The notes under the pieces: generated by a model
Told to the model about the DNA's origin: nothing
The model's input: the letters and a program-made list of their open reading frames with translations, nothing else
Database searches by the model: none
NCBI GenBank assembly: GCA_019828565.1
Contig: JAHDYR010000005.1
Coordinates: 1,315,937-1,379,936, forward strand
Direction: 5' to 3'
Source: Carpediemonas membranifera BICM
Lineage: Eukaryota > Protista > Fornicata
Length of the DNA stretch: 64,000 bases
Shown: positions 9,867 to 20,266 of the stretch, piece after piece
Layout: every line of letters begins with the position of its first letter
How positions within the stretch are numbered: position 1 is the stretch's first letter
Program-made: the position numbers and the translations under genes

Positions 9867-12800
9867 ATGTAATAAGGTCTCTGTGGCGGAGTGGCGCCAT
9901 ATGGTTAAGTCCTGGCGTGCTTATGCCGCTAGGTGCCGTGATCCGATTGCTATTTTCGACCTGGTGTCAAACGAAGTGCTCGAAACGTTTAAGTGCCGTT
10001 CTCCCATGCTGGGCTCTTTTCTCCAGGTGGTGGATGAACCGATGGATGAGCATGACCCCGATCGTGAGACGGAGTGGAACGAGGAGTTTATCGACCTGAT
10101 TAACAAGATGTTCCAACCTCTCGACGAGCTAGAGGCCATCGAATGGCTGAAGAAGCTGAATTGCCCCGAGTCGGGCAATCTCGTCGAGAACATGGCCGAT
10201 TACGTGCTGACATTCAAGGAGACGTGTTCCTACTTCGGCGAGCTGCAGCCTCAAGCCAAGCAACTCGTGGAGGCGTTCGTCGCTGGAGTCCGCTATCAAG
10301 TCCTGAGAGAGCGAATCGGCGCCAAGAAGAAGAGCAAGGATCTGGAGGAGACCATGAAGGTGGCTTTTGAGCAAGCCCTGGAGGCTGAGAAGGGTAGACG
10401 TGAGGCGCAGCGTCAGTCAGTTGAGTCGAAGGGCGAGAAGACCAAGAAGAAGCATGAAGACAAGGCGTCTACCAAGTGCCCCTACTGCAACAAGGTGGGC
10501 CACGAAGATGCCACAAAGTGCTGGAAGAAGCAGAGGGACGAACGCAAGAAGGGTGTAAAAACTCAGGCTTGTTTCTCTCTGTCTTCTTCCTCTTTGGTCG
10601 CCCAGGGGACCGCGAAGCGTCCTGAAGCCGTGGTGTGTGTAGACGGTCGCGACGTTAACACATTGCTAGACACCGGGGCCGACGCAGATTTTGTCGACAA
10701 GACGTTGATCGACGAGTTGGGGTTCGCGGATGAAATTATCCCCACAAACGTGAAGGTTCGATTGCAAGGCGGGACGGTTTACAACGTGCATGAGAAGATC
10801 GAAGTCAACATCGATCTAGGAGTTATTCCGAAGACAGGACGCCGTACTACGGCGAAGCTAGTACTCTACATCCTACCGAGGCTTAAGCCGCAGATAGTGT
10901 TCGGATTCCCGACGCTAACGGCCTTGGGCTTGGTGGAAATCCACCTACCAACAGCTGGAGAAGGGACCAAGACGTTCCTGGAGCTGGAGGGCGATGAGTT
11001 TGACGAAGAAGTCTACCTGTCGAGCGCGCAGAAGACCAATGATGCCAAGCCGGTGATAATGGACCTGACCGTGGAGGTCGAAGAGGTGTTAGCGAAGCTA
11101 GGGGGGTTGTTCGGAGGTATTGATGAGCCGGCCGATGTGGAGCCATTCGGGTTGGACCTTCGACATGACAGAGTGGTCAACGTACCGCCCTACCGCTACG
11201 GCGAGGGTGAAGTGGAAGAGATGAAGCGACAGGTCGAGGAGCTTTGCAACATGGCGGTTATAAGACGTTCCGAGAGCCAGTACAACAACCCGGTTGTGTT
11301 AGCTTGGAAGCGGGACCGTACACGTCGCATGTGCCTTGACTTTAGACGTCTGAACGAGATCACGACTGACCTGACCCACCCCTTGCCTCTAATAGACGAC
11401 CTCGTAGAGAGGCTGCAGGGCAACTCATACTTTGCAGCCCTTGATTTGAGCAAGGCGTTTCTTCAAATCCCCTTGAAACACGAATGCCAGGCCTTTATCG
11501 TTGACGGTGTCAAATACTGTTATACGAGGATGCCCTTTGGGCTAAAAAATGCTGCAGCGTACTGCCAACGGGCCCTGGAGGCAGCGCTAGGAAGCAGCGT
11601 GTACACCGACTGTTTGGTGTACGTGGACGACGTAGTGGTCTACGGCCGGGACAAAACCGAATTTCTACGTCGCCTGGAGACCGTTCTCGGAAAACTCCAC
11701 ACTCGAGGACTCCGTCTCAATGCGAAGAAGTGCATCTTCGCTGCGTCCGAGATCGATTATCTAGGATGGACCGTTAGCGCCGACGGCAAGAGGATCGCAG
11801 AGGATCGCCTGCAAGGAATTCACGATCTTGCACCCCCCGTGACCTGTCGACGCTTCGTACGCTCTTGGGGACTGTTAACTACTTCCGCCCCATGATTGAG
11901 CGCTACGCGGACATAACTGAGCCCCTTGCGGCCCTCACCCGGGCCAACAGGAAGTTTGAGTGGGGACCAGACCAACAAGACGCATTTGAGCGCGTCAAGA
12001 CCTGCCTGCTGGACAACAGAATGCTCGTACACCCCAAGCCTGGGTCGAAGCTGATATTGCAGACCGACGCAAGTGATGTCGCAGCAGGTGCCGTACTGAT
12101 GCAAGAATCCGCGTCAGGTCCTAGTCCGATCGCCTTTTACTCGAAGACATTCGACGCTACCCAACGCCGATGGTCGACGCATGAGAAGGAGGCGTTCGCG
12201 ATTTATTTCGCAATGCAGAAGGCAGAGCGACTACTGATCGGACGAGAGTTCGTTGTGCGCACTGACCACAAAAATCTGCTCTACCTGGCCACCTCTGCCA
12301 ACGCTAAGGTGGTTAGGTGGCATCTGGCCATGGCACGGTTCAACTATTCCGTGGAACACGTACCAGGAGTGGCCAACGGCGGTGCAGACGGCTTGTCCCG
12401 TCTAGTACACCTACAAAGTGCCGATACGAGCCATACTGACCTGATCGAAAGCATACATGGGGGTTTACAAGGACATCTGGGCATTCGGGCTACCCTACAA
12501 CGCCTGATTGAAAGAGGAGAGACGTGGAAGGGGATGTACAACGAGGTGAAACAGTTCGTCAAGGCCTGCCCGGTCTGCCAAGTCCATCGGCAGACAGCTG
12601 AGCGAGTGCCGCAGGACCGGCATTCGACGATGGGACGCCTTCCATTTGACGTAGTACAAGTAGACACTGTTGGACCCCTACCTGAATCTGGCGGCGGTTA
12701 CCGCCACATCGTGGTGGCCATCGACACGTTCTCCAAGCTTACGATGTTATACCCCACCCACTCCACTACTGCGGCAGAGGCAGCTGAGGCCCTATTACAA

Positions 12801-13679
12801 TGGGTCGCCCACTACGGTATACCCCGTTTAATCCATTCAGACGGTGGGTCCCAATACCGAAATCAGCTCGTCGACACCATGGTGGAGAAGCTATCGATGA
12901 AACATCATATCGGTACGCCGTACCGACCGGCATCGCAAGGCGTCGTCGAACGTCAGAACGCGGAGCTGAAGAAGCATCTGAAGTGCCTGATGACGGAGTG
13001 CAAGACACGTGACTGGACGAAACTGATTCCACACGCTCAGTTCATCCTTAACTCGACGAAGAATAGTACCACGGGCATGTCCCCGTGGACGGTACTGTAC
13101 GACCAGGAGCAAGACTCGACTCTTGACGAGTTGAGTGACGATACAGTCTCGTTGGAGCTCTTTAGGCGTAGGATTGAAGTTAATCGTGTGGTTCAGCAAC
13201 AACTGTGTGATGGAGAGTCGCCAAGTCGCGATCACATCGAGCTACAAGACACCGCAGTCCTGGTGGCGTCGAACTCCGGTAGGAGATCTACTCTGCTCGG
13301 GCCGATGTGGTGCATAGGCCCAGACAAGTCCCCGAACGTTTATCGTGTCCGTAACCTGACGTCCGGGAAGACCCACAGCATCCACGCTGACAGGCTCAGG
13401 GTGTTCGAGACAAGCTTGACGCTCGATCAGCTGAAGCAGGTTGCTGCGGAGCGAGACGACGAATACGTGGTGGAGGAGATCAACGAGCACAAGTTCGAGG
13501 GACGGAAGCTGCTACTGCATGTTATTTGGGAAGGGTACCTTCCTGAGGAAGCCACGTGGGAGCCATTCACATTGGAGCTAGACAAACTCGAAGCACTTGA
13601 CAGATACTTGGAGAAAGTACCTCATTTGGCGAAGAAGTTGCCTGCACAGCGGAAGATGCTGCGGTTCAAAGCGAACTAA
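9867..13679 (+). CDS. Gag-Pol polyprotein (frameshift at C-run ~11835)
   Basis: CPYCNKVGHEDATKC knuckle, LLDTGAD protease, YVDD RT, QTDASD RNase H, GHLG..CPVC and D-D-E integrase, EYVVEEI..WEGY..ATWEP chromodomain. Confidence 0.93.
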
Positions 13680-13732
13680 GGCGGTAGTCGCTGAAAAGGC
13701 TGGAAACTTCGGACCCATGGGGGAAGGAGCAG

Positions 13733-14026
13733 TGTTCAGCTACAATAAGCTGGATTCCATTGGTTTTGATGTTGATTAGTTGTTATTCACGGCATACGAC
13801 GTTGATGGTTTGTTTTTGATGCGTCCTCAGCATGGGGACCTTCAATGAGACATAACCTGCGGGAATAGATTCTGCTGAAGATTTGGACCAAGGAATTTTA
13901 TTTCGGGGTTCTGGAGATTTTGGAAGATCCGAATTTTTATTTCCGGATCTTGGGGGAAGTGTAATCAATTGATGACTGATTTACCCCGGATCAATTAAAT
14001 CACTCTCTGTGTTTCCTGCTGCAACA
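13733..14026 (+). repeat. 3' LTR (294 bp)
   Basis: Follows the polypurine tract; ends are TGTTCAGC...GCTGCAACA; the right end abuts DIRS YR sequence. Confidence 0.75.
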
Positions 14027-14501
14027 CCATGGGTACCTGGCGGGAGGTTCGTAGTTTGCGCTCTTACATCGGACAGGCTATGCGCAACGAGCCTCTCTTC
14101 GTCCGCGAAGCGACAAGGAGTCTGCTGCGGCCTAGCGCGAAGCGTCTTTAACGCTGCGCTCCTAATCATTCCAAACAATCTTTAAACGCGTTCGTCGAAG
14201 CGAAATGGTTTCGCCGGCGCCTTGATCCGCTCCCGCTATAACAATGCGAGGTTATTGTAGTGTGAGAGTAGCGGTAGTAGTGTGTCCTCTGGGTGAGTGG
14301 TTCCCTCTGGGTTGGTGATTATATGTTAGTTGGCCATGTTATATGGCGTGGACCACATGGGTCACAGTTGACACCCGGGAGTGTCGGGTCGTGCTGCCTG
14401 ATCCGATTCGATCGGATTCGATGGGCGCCAAATTTCAAGGATCGTCTCGATCCTCTTCAGAAGAACGAGAATGGCTGATCCGGCCGAAGAAAACGAGCCG
14501 G
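14027..14501 (+). repeat. Direct repeat of 17570-18045 (YR 3' end, spacer, gag start): tandem DIRS units
   Basis: Near-identical sequence at offset 3543-3544. Confidence 0.95.
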
Positions 14502-15013
14502 TCACCCAGAAGGACCTCCAAGAACTGAGAGAAGTTGTAGAACGCGCTCTTCAGGCCAGAAGTGCTGAAGAACAGCATAACCCCGATGATATCGCCCTCA
14601 ACGTAGAGGATAACGATGATCAGCAGCTTCAGGACCAAGAAAGCATCGAAGACGAACAGCAGGACGCTGTCGACGACATCTTTGATCCCTTTGAGGCTCT
14701 TGTGAACCTTCCTAACCGGTTCGGCCTTCGAGATGAGGCTAGGTGGCTTTACGCCATGGAACGTGATCTCATCGCTGGCCGCCTTGCAACCATTCCTGCT
14801 CTGAGGGTCAAGATCTACGGACGCCAGCAACTCCTCCTCCTCAAGGACAGTTGGGACGACGCAACCTCCGAGCGCTGCTCCAACCTCTTCAAGTCCGCTC
14901 CTCCCCGCACTCGGGCCGCCGTCGACATCTTGGTGGCTAAGGCTAAGATCAAGGGCATCAAGAAGCGTGACAATTTTCGCGAAAGGGGGGGCAGAAGGAC
15001 TCACCGCAATTAG
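14471..15013 (+). CDS. E1 Gag-like ORF1
   Basis: Lies upstream of RT; similar to 18418-18945 (EARWL..LLKDSWDDAT); basic tail. Confidence 0.7.
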   Translation: MADPAEENEPVTQKDLQELREVVERALQARSAEEQHNPDDIALNVEDNDDQQLQDQESIEDEQQDAVDDIFDPFEALVNLPNRFGLRDEARWLYAMERDLIAGRLATIPALRVKIYGRQQLLLLKDSWDDATSERCSNLFKSAPPRTRAAVDILVAKAKIKGIKKRDNFRERGGRRTHRN

Positions 15014-15030
15014 CTACCAAGCTCCCATCG

Positions 15031-17694
15031 ATGAACGCGCGATGGTTCGTTTGGAAAAGGTTCGGTGCGTCCCTAGAAGTCTGCAATCTCTTACGCGAGG
15101 GCGTTCCCATACAGCTCAAACGCCTGCCCTCACCCCCATCACCTCAGGCCAGCATCGACCGCAAGATCCTGGACAAGCTCAAGGACCAGCTCGCCTCGGG
15201 GGGTCTCATCAAGTCATCCATGCGCAAGCTCCGTCACAGCGCCCCCCTCTTCTCTGTAGCCAAGGGCGAGACCGATATCCGTGTCATCCACGACTTGCGG
15301 CGCCTCAACGCCATCACCAAGGAGCGTCGGGTCTTTCGCTTATTCGGCGTACGAAGAGCGGTGGGCCTTCTCGCTCAGGGCGACTATATGGCAAAGATAG
15401 ACCTCTCGGACGGCTATCATCAGCTAGGCGTGAAGCCCCAGGACGCTCCACTCTTGGGAGTGGTTCTTCCCAACGGCCAGGCTTATCACTATACAGGCCT
15501 GTCGTTCGGGTGGACAGCGGCTCCATATTTCTTCCAGCTGGTGATGGTACAAGCCGCGAGGATCCTAGCGTTGCGCTTCAAGGTCAAGGTGAGTGTGTAT
15601 CTAGACGACTTCCTGCTGGCCCATGCAGATCAAGCCTACCTCCGATCGATAGGGCCAGAGGTGCTCAGGACCCTTCAGCTTCTCGGCATCATCGTGAACG
15701 TCCGAAAGAGCGAGCTCGAGCCCGCCCAGCTCATCCAGTACCTGGGAGTTCTGCTCGGCACACGCTCCATGACCATCAGCCTTCCCAAGGACAAAGCAGA
15801 GAAGTACCGCAACACCATCAGGGCCGCTTTATCCTCCAACAAGATCACGGCACAGGACTGGGCGTCAGTGATGGGCCGCCTGGGCTTCTTCGCCTACACG
15901 TCGAGGCTCGTCCACAAGCTGCGTCGGCTACAAGCACTCCGTCCATCATCCGAGCTAGTCCTTCAACCGGCAGACAGAGCCGAGCTCGAACAGTGGGAAG
16001 CCCTCTTACTCTCATGCCCAACAAGACCGTTCGCAGATCTCTTTCCCTCGTGGGATCTCGACCTGTGCGTGACCTCGGATGCCTCGGACGAGGGCTGGGG
16101 AGCAGTCATCTTCAACCCCGGCACAAGCGACTCTTCCATTCAGGGCACATTCCCAGCCAACATTGCGACGGAGTCCATCAACGTTCGAGAGCTGTATGCC
16201 GTGGTCCGTGCCGTCGAATCCCTTCCAAGCTTCAAGGAGCGCAGGGTGCTCACCGTCTTCACGGACAACTCCACAGCCCAAGCTTGGGTCAACCGTCAGG
16301 GCTCTACGCACGCGCCCCAAGCTGCGATGGATCTTGTGCAGGAGCTTCACACTCTGCTCGCAAGCCGCAACCTTATCATCAAGGCCGAGTTCACGCCGGG
16401 TCGAGCCAACATCCACGCAGACCGGCTGTCTCGCAACATAGAGGTGCCTCCGACACTGACAGAGCAGCTCCTAGCTCTGTGGGGGCCGGCCAACACCATC
16501 TGGGAGGGCGACGGCCCGAAGGTCTGGCGCGGTCGTCGAGTTCTGGTGGTGAATACAGCAGTGACGAGAGCAGTGACGAGTCTATGTCTCAAGGCTACAG
16601 CTCCGACAGCACCTACATCCCATCCGAGGACCTGGACCTCGTCGATATTCCTCCTCGTGAAAGACACTATGTCGCCAGAGTTGCGCCTCCTCAAGCAGGC
16701 AGCTCGCCTGAAGCGCTACTTCTCGACCACCGAGCCCCAGAGCGGCATGAAGTCGAGGTACATCGGTCTGGCCCTTCCAACCTGTTCGAAGGAATCAGAC
16801 TATCTGATCAGCTCTCGCACCTCGAGGAGCAAGGAAGGCGAGCGGTCGCCGGCTGGGTTACCAAGTTCATCGAGAGTAGAGATCCGAAGCTGTCCCACGC
16901 AGCCCAGTTCAGGGCATTCCTGCTCAAAGAGGGAAGGAACTCAGGGCCGGACTCGGTCGGCCGCAAGGCTTACTGGGTCATCCAAGCAGCCCCGCGATGG
17001 TCTAGCTGGAGAGTTCCTCTCGACGCGCAGGCGATCCAGAAAAGAAGCCCGCAAGAGAGCTACCCTGAAGGGTCTCACCGGAGGGTCACGCCCAGTCTAC
17101 AGGATCGAGATGAGCGACGCCATCGCGAACCGCAACAGTTCTATCAGGGCATACCAGGCAACCCTGTTTGCGTCCATGTGCTACTTGACGGTCAGTCGAG
17201 GAAGGGAGATCTTCACGCTAACGCCCGGGCGCATCACCTTCGAGCCTAACGGTGACGCCACGCTCGGCATCCCTCGTACCAAGACCATGATAGGGGTGGC
17301 TAAGAGACTCCCTAACGTCTGGATCCAGGGTTTTAACCCAGCTAAGACTTTACAGCGCTGGCTGACTGGCCTATCTCTTCCGGACGATGCCTGCATGTGG
17401 CGGGAGGTGACTCCCCGCAATACGCTCAGTCGTCGCAACCCACGGTCAGCTAGGGGTTTGCTGCAGGACGTGAAGCGCTTATTCGGCCCAAGGTCGGGCT
17501 GGCATTCGTTCCGCAAGGGTGCCGCCTCGGAGCTTGCCCTATGTGGCACGCTTCTGGAGGCCCTGCTCGCCATGGGTACCTGGCGGGAGGTTCGTAGTTT
17601 GCGCTCTTACATCGGACAGGCTATGCGCAACGAGCCTCTCTTCGTCCGCGAAGCGACAAGGAGTCTGCTGCGGCCTAGCGCGAAGCGTCTTTAA
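15031..17694 (+). CDS. E1 RT/RNase H with overlapping tyrosine recombinase (~16790-17694)
   Basis: KIDLSDGYHQ, FGW, YLDD, TSDAS, FTDN, ADRLSR. YR motifs SRGRE, HSFRKG, GTW..RSY. Confidence 0.9.
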   Translation: MNARWFVWKRFGASLEVCNLLREGVPIQLKRLPSPPSPQASIDRKILDKLKDQLASGGLIKSSMRKLRHSAPLFSVAKGETDIRVIHDLRRLNAITKERRVFRLFGVRRAVGLLAQGDYMAKIDLSDGYHQLGVKPQDAPLLGVVLPNGQAYHYTGLSFGWTAAPYFFQLVMVQAARILALRFKVKVSVYLDDFLLAHADQAYLRSIGPEVLRTLQLLGIIVNVRKSELEPAQLIQYLGVLLGTRSMTISLPKDKAEKYRNTIRAALSSNKITAQDWASVMGRLGFFAYTSRLVHKLRRLQALRPSSELVLQPADRAELEQWEALLLSCPTRPFADLFPSWDLDLCVTSDASDEGWGAVIFNPGTSDSSIQGTFPANIATESINVRELYAVVRAVESLPSFKERRVLTVFTDNSTAQAWVNRQGSTHAPQAAMDLVQELHTLLASRNLIIKAEFTPGRANIHADRLSRNIEVPPTLTEQLLALWGPANTIWEGDGPKVWRGRRVLVVNTAVTRAVTSLCLKATAPTAPTSHPRTWTSSIFLLVKDTMSPELRLLKQAARLKRYFSTTEPQSGMKSRYIGLALPTCSKESDYLISSRTSRSKEGERSPAGLPSSSRVEIRSCPTQPSSGHSCSKREGTQGRTRSAARLTGSSKQPRDGLAGEFLSTRRRSRKEARKRATLKGLTGGSRPVYRIEMSDAIANRNSSIRAYQATLFASMCYLTVSRGREIFTLTPGRITFEPNGDATLGIPRTKTMIGVAKRLPNVWIQGFNPAKTLQRWLTGLSLPDDACMWREVTPRNTLSRRNPRSARGLLQDVKRLFGPRSGWHSFRKGAASELALCGTLLEALLAMGTWREVRSLRSYIGQAMRNEPLFVREATRSLLRPSAKRL

Positions 17695-18417
17695 CGCTGC
17701 GCTCCTAATCATTCCAAACAGTCTTTAAACGCGTTCGTCGAAGCGAAATGGTTTCGCCGGCGCCTTGATCCGCTCCCGCTATAACAATGCGAGGTTATTG
17801 TAGTGTGAGAGTAGCGGTAGTAGTGTGTCCTCTGGGTGAGTGGTTCCCTCTGGGTTGGTGATTATATGTTAGTTGGCCATGTTATATGGCGTGGACCACA
17901 TGGGTCACAGTTGACACCCGGGAGTGTCGGGTCGTGCTGCCTGATCCGATTCGATCGGATTCGATGGGCGCGCAAATTTCAAGGATCGTCTCGATCCTCT
18001 TCAGAAGAACGAGAATGGCTGATCCGGCCGAAGAAAACGAGCCGGGAGCGAGAACCCGCAGGCGATGCCTGTTCAGCGCGCAGGAGCGACGCTGTGAGAA
18101 ACTTCAGCATTGGAATAAATTTCTCACCCCCCTCCCTCTGGGTTGGTGATTATATGTTAGTTGGCCATGTTATATGGCCTGATCGTTTACACTAGCTCTC
18201 TTCTTTAATAAACGATCGCCCCCCCGTTGGGTAGAGCAAGTATGTCTAGAGGCTAGGACAGCTAGCCTGGCCTCTACAGCTAGCGGTGATGAAATGGCGT
18301 TACATCGCGCTGACAGGTTACCTCGGGTAACGGGCCGTGAGCGGAGGGCAATGAGATCGCCTCGCTCCGGCATGGTGATGCGCCGACCAGGCGAGCCGCG
18401 CAGTTTATGCGGGCAGA

Positions 18418-18945
18418 ATGGTAGAAAATTCGGAACATCCAGATCCGACGGCAACGAGGCTCAATAACCTAGAAACCTCAATCGCTACCATCTCGCAACA
18501 GCTTGCAAAGCTTAATCCGCCTCCTCCGCCGCCCGAGACCGAGCCGCCGAAGGAATCCCAAATTGATTTCTTCCCTGAACAAGATGAAGCGGATATTGAC
18601 CAAACACTGGCAGAGATGGATGCATACGGCGAGCTTCCGACAAAGAGACCACTTAAGGCGGAAGCAAAGTGGCTTCGCCGCGTGATGGTGATCGTCAACG
18701 CCCTCGACGACGAGCCGCTCAAAGCAAGACTCCTGGTGGAACTCCAAGCACGCCGTACCCTTCTGGACCTCAAGGACGACAACTGGTCGGACGCAACCTG
18801 CGAACTGTTTCTCGACTTGTTCAACACGTCCCAGACCAAAACCCCCCGTGCCATCTCCTACTGCGCAGCCAAAGCCAGAGCCAAGGGTAAGAGAAAGGAC
18901 CAGCCCCAGAACAAAGGGGGGTTTCACAAGAAGCACAAGAAGTAG
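18418..18945 (+). CDS. E2 Gag-like ORF1
   Basis: Similar to E1 ORF1 and upstream of RT. Confidence 0.7.
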   Translation: MVENSEHPDPTATRLNNLETSIATISQQLAKLNPPPPPPETEPPKESQIDFFPEQDEADIDQTLAEMDAYGELPTKRPLKAEAKWLRRVMVIVNALDDEPLKARLLVELQARRTLLDLKDDNWSDATCELFLDLFNTSQTKTPRAISYCAAKARAKGKRKDQPQNKGGFHKKHKK

Positions 18946-18974
18946 CCCTTGCCACAGATGTTCAGTTCCCGTCA

Positions 18975-19795
18975 ATGAACAAAAAGTGGCCGGTGTGGGC
19001 AAGACTCGGTGCCTCCCCCGAGGTAGTAAGCTGGCTGCGGGATGGCGTCCCTATCCACCTCACCTCTGCGCCCCCTCCACCAGAACCGCAAAGGCGAGTG
19101 GACCCCCGCCTACTCCCGAAGATCGAAGAGCTAGTCGCCAAGGGCGTCCTCTCCCCGTGCCCGATAGACGAACTGCGTCACAGCGCACCCCTGTTCGCGG
19201 TGTCGAAGGGCAAAGACGATGTCCGCCCCGTGCACGACCTCCGAGCCCTGAACGAGTTGACAGCAGAGCTGAGGGTGTTTCGTCTGTTCGGCATCAGACG
19301 GGCGGTCCGCAATCTGCACAAGAACGACTACATGATCAAGATAGACCTAGCATCGGGATACCACCAACTTGGCGTCGCCTCGCGAGACTCCCCCCTCCTA
19401 GGCGTGGTCCTACCGGACGGCCGCGCATTCAGGTACAACACACTCGGCTTCGGATGGACAGCGGCGCCGTACGTGTTCCAGAGCACGACCATACAGCTTG
19501 CAAAGATCATCGCACACAGGTTCGGGGTGACCATCGCGGTCTATCTCGACGACTTCTTAGTGTCCCATGCCTCCCCATCGTACCTAGCTTCGGTCACCCC
19601 GCAGATCATCGACCTCATGCTATCGCTGGGGGCGATACCGGGCCTCAACAAGTGCGTCCTCACGCCGACCCAGCAGGTAGACTACCTAGGTGTCCACATA
19701 GACACCGCAAGCGAGTCCCTAAGAATCTCAAAAGACAAGGCCGAGGCCTACACGGCCACGATCGCCAAGGCCCTCCGGGTCGGGTCCATCACAGC
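18975..19795 (+). pseudogene. E2 reverse transcriptase, interrupted; resumes at 24411
   Basis: KIDLASGYHQ, YLDD. The sequence after the Gypsy reads SDWQKLLGRLSFF, matching E1 QDWASVMGRLGFF. Confidence 0.9.
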
Positions 19796-20266
19796 TGTGG
19801 CGACAACAGTATTTACACATAACCTGCGAAGCAGGGGTGAGTGTGCCCGTAGTTATAAATAGCAATAATAATAACTGAGGCACTGACACTACCCCCCTCG
19901 AGCTGTAAGTGGGGCGTATGAATGATGGTGCCGAAGATATGTTTTGATGTCATCAAATCTTTCGGTCAGATCTCGAGGATATTCTCCACGATATTCGCCA
20001 GGAGTCTGGGTTCGAGTCCCGGGATGGTCACTTTTGTCGAACAGCGGATCAATTGATGAGCGAGTTGTTCGTGATGACGGTATGATGTCCAGAATGAGCC
20101 TGGTGTGTTCGAAACGCGAAGGATACTGTTAGAAAGTCCTTCTTTCCCCCTTTCCTGCTATCGGTTCTCGATGAGGGAATGCATGATGTTCCTGTTCGAA
20201 CTGCGTTCGTTCGGATGAATGGTTGTACAATAAGCAACATCAACATGAGATTAGGATGGGCTGATG

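Larger units (their letters stand above)
9867..14026 (+). mobile_element. Ty3/Gypsy chromovirus-like LTR retrotransposon, 5'-truncated by DNA transposon insertion
   Basis: Gag-PR-RT-RH-IN-chromodomain order; polypurine tract GGGGGAAGGAGCAG then a 3' LTR; no 5' LTR in the window. Confidence 0.93.
14302..17890 (+). mobile_element. DIRS/PAT-like YR retrotransposon E1
   Basis: gag, RT/RH and YR; 46-bp direct repeat at 14302, 17845 and 18133. Confidence 0.88.

Noticed and set aside
15031-17694. Apparent RT-RNase H-YR fusion protein
   Set aside because: The YR N-terminus lies in the 14967 frame and switches at an A-run near 17040. E2 and E4 keep YR in its own frame, so this is a single indel.
14027-18045. 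475-bp repeats as LTRs of E1
   Set aside because: They contain YR and gag coding parts, and the left edge is set by the Gypsy insertion. They are better read as tandem units.
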